DNA of 53,431 nt from the sequence record SRR31156797_3828. One strand, written 5' to 3'. The notes below the pieces were generated by a model. It was not told the origin of the DNA. It worked only from the letters and a program-made list of their open reading frames with translations, and did not search any database. A program made the translations under genes and the position numbers. Positions 49,480 through 53,431 of the stretch are shown here, in pieces (the stretch's first letter is position 1; each line of letters opens with the position of its first letter).

Positions 49480-50052
49480 TTAAACTTTTATGGCATCCCA
49501 TGCCATACCAAATACCGCCTCAATGTTCTCGTCGGTAGGATCAAAGGTTGTACAGTGGCGCGGATTAGCAAGAACCAGGATAGGGTGAATTAAAAAAGCA
49601 CTTAGGACATCCAGGCTCACATTCTTAATCTTTTTTTGTTCGATACCATGGCGAATAGCTTGCAGCAATGGTTCGAATTGCGCTTGTACTTTTTGCGCAT
49701 CAACCTTTTCGCAGTACGGTGAGTTGGAAAATTGTTCTGCATAGGGAAACTCATCCGGGTTCTGTACGATATAAGCAAAGGTATTTTTCCACACTCGATG
49801 GAGAGTCTCACGAAGGGGAGCAGTTTCATCAAACCCCTCAAGCATGGCCGTTCCCATTCCCTGCTTTATTTCAAGATAGGTTGAAACAAGTAAATCCTCT
49901 TTGTTCTTAAAATACGTATAGAGAGTGGCAGGTGACACACCCGCTTCCTTTGCAATCTTGGACACAGAACTTGCGGCAAATCCGATCTCGTTAACCAGTT
50001 TTATGGTTGCGAGCAGCAAAGCTTCCTGTTTTTTATCATCTCTAACTCTCAT
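49480..50052 (-). CDS. TetR/AcrR family transcriptional regulator
   Basis: HTH IAKEAGVSPATLYTYFKNKEDL; ATG 50052 preferred. Confidence 0.92.
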   Translation of the reverse strand: MRVRDDKKQEALLLATIKLVNEIGFAASSVSKIAKEAGVSPATLYTYFKNKEDLLVSTYLEIKQGMGTAMLEGFDETAPLRETLHRVWKNTFAYIVQNPDEFPYAEQFSNSPYCEKVDAQKVQAQFEPLLQAIRHGIEQKKIKNVSLDVLSAFLIHPILVLANPRHCTTFDPTDENIEAVFGMAWDAIKV

Positions 50053-50057
50053 ACCAC

Positions 50058-50085
50058 ACATAAATAAACGATCATTCATTTATGT
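50058..50085. promoter_or_regulatory. Candidate TetR operator
   Basis: ACATAAATAAACGATCATTCATTTATGT, 24 of 28 positions self-complementary, immediately upstream of tetR. Confidence 0.65.
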
Positions 50086-50296
50086 AAAGTAAGTTTTTTC
50101 AATCGACCAGGTCTACTATCCCCATTTTCAAGTTACTCTTTCTAATATTTTTCAACAGCAATAATACCCATCCGAATAACCTGTTCCTGTCCAGAGGACT
50201 CTTTTTATAGAGATTTCCTATTTGCCAAATAGCGTCACCATATAGTATTGTTCCCCGTTTTCATAATACAAATATGACTTCCCTGGGAGGATCCAC

Positions 50297-51139
50297 ATGA
50301 GCAAAAATACAATTTCAAGAGCCATACCCATCGTCGCGGCTGTCCTTTTTCTTTTTCCTGCAGCATGGTCCATCGCATCAGATGATCTATCACCCTTTAC
50401 CCAACAACAAGGGAACCTGCGTATTGCTGGCGGAACAGCTCATATCCCGGTGATGAAGGAGGCAGCTAAACAGGTTATCAACTCTAATCCAAAAATACAC
50501 ATTTCCATTGCTGGTGGAGGATCAGGGCTCGGCATCAAACAGGCAGGAGAAGGCTTGGTTGACATTGGCAACGCAGGCCGTAAACCCAGTGACCAAGAAA
50601 TCCAAAAATTCGACTTAAAACTTCTTAAGTGGGCCATTGACGGGGTCGGAGCGGTAGTTCATCCCAAAAACGAAGTTCAGTCACTCACCAGTACACAGCT
50701 TCAGGCTATCTATTCAGGTAAGATCAAAAACTGGAACCAAGTAGGTGGTGTTGATCGCCAAATTAATCTCTACACAAGGGATGAGGCAAGCGGTACTCGA
50801 AAAGTTTTTTGGAAAAAAGCACTGACAAAGGGGGATATTTCCACCAAGGCTAACGTTGTTGTTTCAAACGGTGCCATGAAAACAGCGGTTGCCGGCGACC
50901 CGTTTGCCATCGGCTTTGTTTCTGTCGGCCACATCGACGGATCTGTTGCACCGGTGGCTCTTGATGGAATAACCCCCACCCTGGAAACCGTTCGCAGCGG
51001 AGAATACGGAGTAGCCCGCGGTCTGTACAGCCTGACCAAAGGAGAACCGACCGGTCTTGGCAAACTATTTCTTGACTTCCTGATCAGCCCCACAGGCCAG
51101 CAGATTGTTGCAGACAAGGGATTTATCCCGGTTAGGTGA
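50297..51139 (+). CDS. pstS: PstS-like phosphate ABC transporter substrate-binding protein
   Basis: Signal peptide; GGGSG.G, AIDG, IYSG.I.NW, RDEASGTR. Confidence 0.8.
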   Translation: MSKNTISRAIPIVAAVLFLFPAAWSIASDDLSPFTQQQGNLRIAGGTAHIPVMKEAAKQVINSNPKIHISIAGGGSGLGIKQAGEGLVDIGNAGRKPSDQEIQKFDLKLLKWAIDGVGAVVHPKNEVQSLTSTQLQAIYSGKIKNWNQVGGVDRQINLYTRDEASGTRKVFWKKALTKGDISTKANVVVSNGAMKTAVAGDPFAIGFVSVGHIDGSVAPVALDGITPTLETVRSGEYGVARGLYSLTKGEPTGLGKLFLDFLISPTGQQIVADKGFIPVR

Positions 51140-51996
51140 AATTGCGGAGCTATTCGCTTAGCGAATATACATTTTTAACAGCGGCGGTTTTCAGCGGACT
51201 GCTCACCGCCGCTGTCTTTTTTTTCCTCTTCTATTTCGGATTACCTTTGCTGCAGTCAGGCCAACTGGCTGACTTGCTGTTTACTTCGTGGTCACCCAGC
51301 AAAGGGTTGTACGGCATTTATCCAATGCTGCTATCCAGCTTGACCCTAGCCTCTCTTAGTATGCTCATTAGTTTTCCGGTAAGTATTGGTTGCAGTTTTA
51401 TCATTACCGCCCTTGCGCCGATACGATTACGACGTGTCCTGCTAGCCCTGGTGCGAGTAATGACCGGCATTCCTACCGTAGTATACAGTTTTGCCGCCCT
51501 GTTTTTTTTAGTTCCGCTCATGCGCAGCCTTATCGAACACGGAAGCGGAATGAGTATTCTTACGGCCGCACCAGTGCTTGCTTTGGTCATTGCGCCAACC
51601 ATGATACTTTTTTTTGTGAACAGCTTTAACAAGGTCTCACCCCGCTATACCTTAGCAGCAGAGGCACTTGGCTGTAGTAAAATACAAAAAATTCTCTACG
51701 TAATATTACCACAGGCGTGGCCAGGGGTAATCAATGGTGTTCTGCTGGGGTTTGGTCGGGCCATGGGTGACACCATGGTCAGTCTGATGCTTGCCGGAAA
51801 CAGTACCGCCGTTCCGGAAGCCATAACCGATTCTGGCAGAACCCTTACGGCGCATATAGCTCTGGTAATGGCGTTTGATTTTGACTCCATGGAATTTAAA
51901 TCCATCTTTGTGTGTGGACTCTCTCTCTATTTGCTGACAGCCGCCTTGATGTTACTCTTTCGCCTGTCCACTGCATTATTTTCAAAGGGGAGATGA
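51136..51996 (+). CDS. pstC: Phosphate ABC transporter permease
   Basis: GIPTVVY, GRAMGDTM, TLTAHI; GTGA overlap with pstS. Confidence 0.82.
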   Translation: MKLRSYSLSEYTFLTAAVFSGLLTAAVFFFLFYFGLPLLQSGQLADLLFTSWSPSKGLYGIYPMLLSSLTLASLSMLISFPVSIGCSFIITALAPIRLRRVLLALVRVMTGIPTVVYSFAALFFLVPLMRSLIEHGSGMSILTAAPVLALVIAPTMILFFVNSFNKVSPRYTLAAEALGCSKIQKILYVILPQAWPGVINGVLLGFGRAMGDTMVSLMLAGNSTAVPEAITDSGRTLTAHIALVMAFDFDSMEFKSIFVCGLSLYLLTAALMLLFRLSTALFSKGR

Positions 51997-52874
51997 TGCG
52001 TAAAATTGTTGAAACCTGCATCATGGTGTTCTCTTGGATCGCTCTTTTCCTGCTAATATCTGCCCTTTTCACCCTTATCGCGTATCTCGTGCAAAAGGGG
52101 GCTGGCAGTATTAAATTGAGCCTTTTCTTTGATGACACCTCACCTCTGGATGCTTTAATGCTCAAACGGCAGGTCTTTGACGGACTTTTTCCAGCCATCG
52201 CAGGTACTCTTTTTCTTATAACCTGCTCCATGGTGATTGCCATACCGATCGGTGTTGCCGGCGGCATCTACATGGCAGAGTATTGCAGGGGAAAAATGAA
52301 ACCGCTGTTTAACCTGACTTTTGACATCCTAGCTGGGGTGCCTTCCATTGTGGTGGGACTGGCAGGCCTCTTGCTGACCATTGTATTAAATCGACATTTT
52401 CAAGGACAAATTGCTCCCTGCCTGTTACTTTCCTGTTGCTGCCTGGGGTTACTTGTTCTTCCTTATCTTATTCGCACCACCCAAACAGCGCTTGAGTCTA
52501 TTGACCCGCTTATCCGCAAAACTGCCCCTGCACTTGGCGCCTCACGGGCAAAAAACATTAGGTTTGTGCTGCTCCCCCACTCCATAAGTGACATTGTTTC
52601 CGGTATCATTCTGGCCACTGGCCGCTGCGCAGAAGATACGGCAGTAATCATGCTCACCGGAGTTGTTGCAACAGCCGGTTTTCCCCGTTCACTTTTCGGT
52701 CAGTATGAAGCGCTCCCCTTTTATATCTACTACATTTCGTCTCAGTACACCGGCCCTGACGAATTAGCCAATGGCTTTGGAGCTGCCATCATCTTGCTGC
52801 TGCTCTGTATCGGGCTGCTGGCCATAGCTCTGTGGATACAACGAAAATTTACAAGCTTCTTACTCTTCAGGTAA
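51993..52874 (+). CDS. pstA: Phosphate ABC transporter permease
   Basis: GIYMAEY, LAGVPSIVVGL, GRCAEDTA; ATGA overlap with pstC. Confidence 0.82.
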   Translation: MMRKIVETCIMVFSWIALFLLISALFTLIAYLVQKGAGSIKLSLFFDDTSPLDALMLKRQVFDGLFPAIAGTLFLITCSMVIAIPIGVAGGIYMAEYCRGKMKPLFNLTFDILAGVPSIVVGLAGLLLTIVLNRHFQGQIAPCLLLSCCCLGLLVLPYLIRTTQTALESIDPLIRKTAPALGASRAKNIRFVLLPHSISDIVSGIILATGRCAEDTAVIMLTGVVATAGFPRSLFGQYEALPFYIYYISSQYTGPDELANGFGAAIILLLLCIGLLAIALWIQRKFTSFLLFR

Positions 52875-52879
52875 CTCGA

Positions 52880-53431
52880 GTGAACCCAAACATTAAAATT
52901 CAGATACAGTCTCTTTGTTTTTATTACCATAGACAACAGGTGCTGCGTAATATCAGCCTCCAAATTCCTGCTAATAAGATTACTGCGATTACAGGACCAT
53001 CAGGGTCGGGTAAATCTACCTTACTCATGGCCTTGAATAGACTGTGGGAAGAAATTGAGGGTTGTAAAATATCTGGAAAAGTTTTTATGAATCTCAATGG
53101 ACAAAACATAAATATTTACGACCGCGCACTCCCTGTGCTTGAACTGCGTCGTAAGGTTGGGATGGTGTTTCAACAACCCAATCCCCTGCCCATGTCCATC
53201 AGCAAAAACATCGCTTTTCCCTTGCGCCTTTCACACATAAACAACAAAACCCTTATCAACGACAGCGTAGAATCCGCACTCAGAAAAGTGTCTCTCTGGG
53301 ATGAAGTCAAGGATCGTCTCAATGATGACGGCCGCTTGCTCTCTGGTGGTCAACAGCAAAGACTCTGCCTTGCAAGAGCCCTGGTCCTGAACCCTGAAGT
53401 CCTGCTGCTGGATGAACCGACCTCTTCACTT
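52880..53431 (+). CDS. pstB: Phosphate ABC transporter ATP-binding protein (runs off window end)
   Basis: Hand translation from GTG 52880: GPSGSGKST, LNR, VGMVFQQPNP, LWDEVKDRL, LSGGQQQRLC.ARAL, DEPTSSL. Confidence 0.9.
   Translation, partial: MNPNIKIQIQSLCFYYHRQQVLRNISLQIPANKITAITGPSGSGKSTLLMALNRLWEEIEGCKISGKVFMNLNGQNINIYDRALPVLELRRKVGMVFQQPNPLPMSISKNIAFPLRLSHINNKTLINDSVESALRKVSLWDEVKDRLNDDGRLLSGGQQQRLCLARALVLNPEVLLLDEPTSSL

Overview
Bacterial chromosomal window. Gene content suggests a sulfate-reducing Desulfobacterota member, probably Desulfobulbales (inference). About 1-39 kb and 47.3-53.4 kb are mostly core genes: an ADP-forming acyl-CoA ligase (partial), a rhodanese-ferritin fusion, a sigma54-driven DUF4405 operon with its own two-component system, tilS, a split transhydrogenase (pntA1/pntA2/pntB), mpl, three phosphate uptake systems (PiT+DUF47, Na/Pi, Pst-like), a peptide ABC transporter, murU-amgK-der, a fused hisHF, a Usp + protein-kinase pair, and namZ-lpxD-fabZ-lpxA-lpxI. 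The most unusual part is 39.3-47.3 kb: a visibly AT-richer tract of unrelated genes, mostly small and all on the + strand. Several end in degenerate integron attC-like arms, but no integrase is present. The tract is punctuated by at least four copies of a REP-like palindrome (approx. AAATAGGG.ACGCACCACGTTTTCC...GAAAACGTGGTGCG.CCCTATTT) that cut into or follow the attC remnants. It also holds a solo SLATT-like membrane gene, a decayed gene, an unannotated 47-aa basic protein and a GNAT split by an in-frame TAG. No rRNA, tRNA, CRISPR array or intact transposase was recognised.
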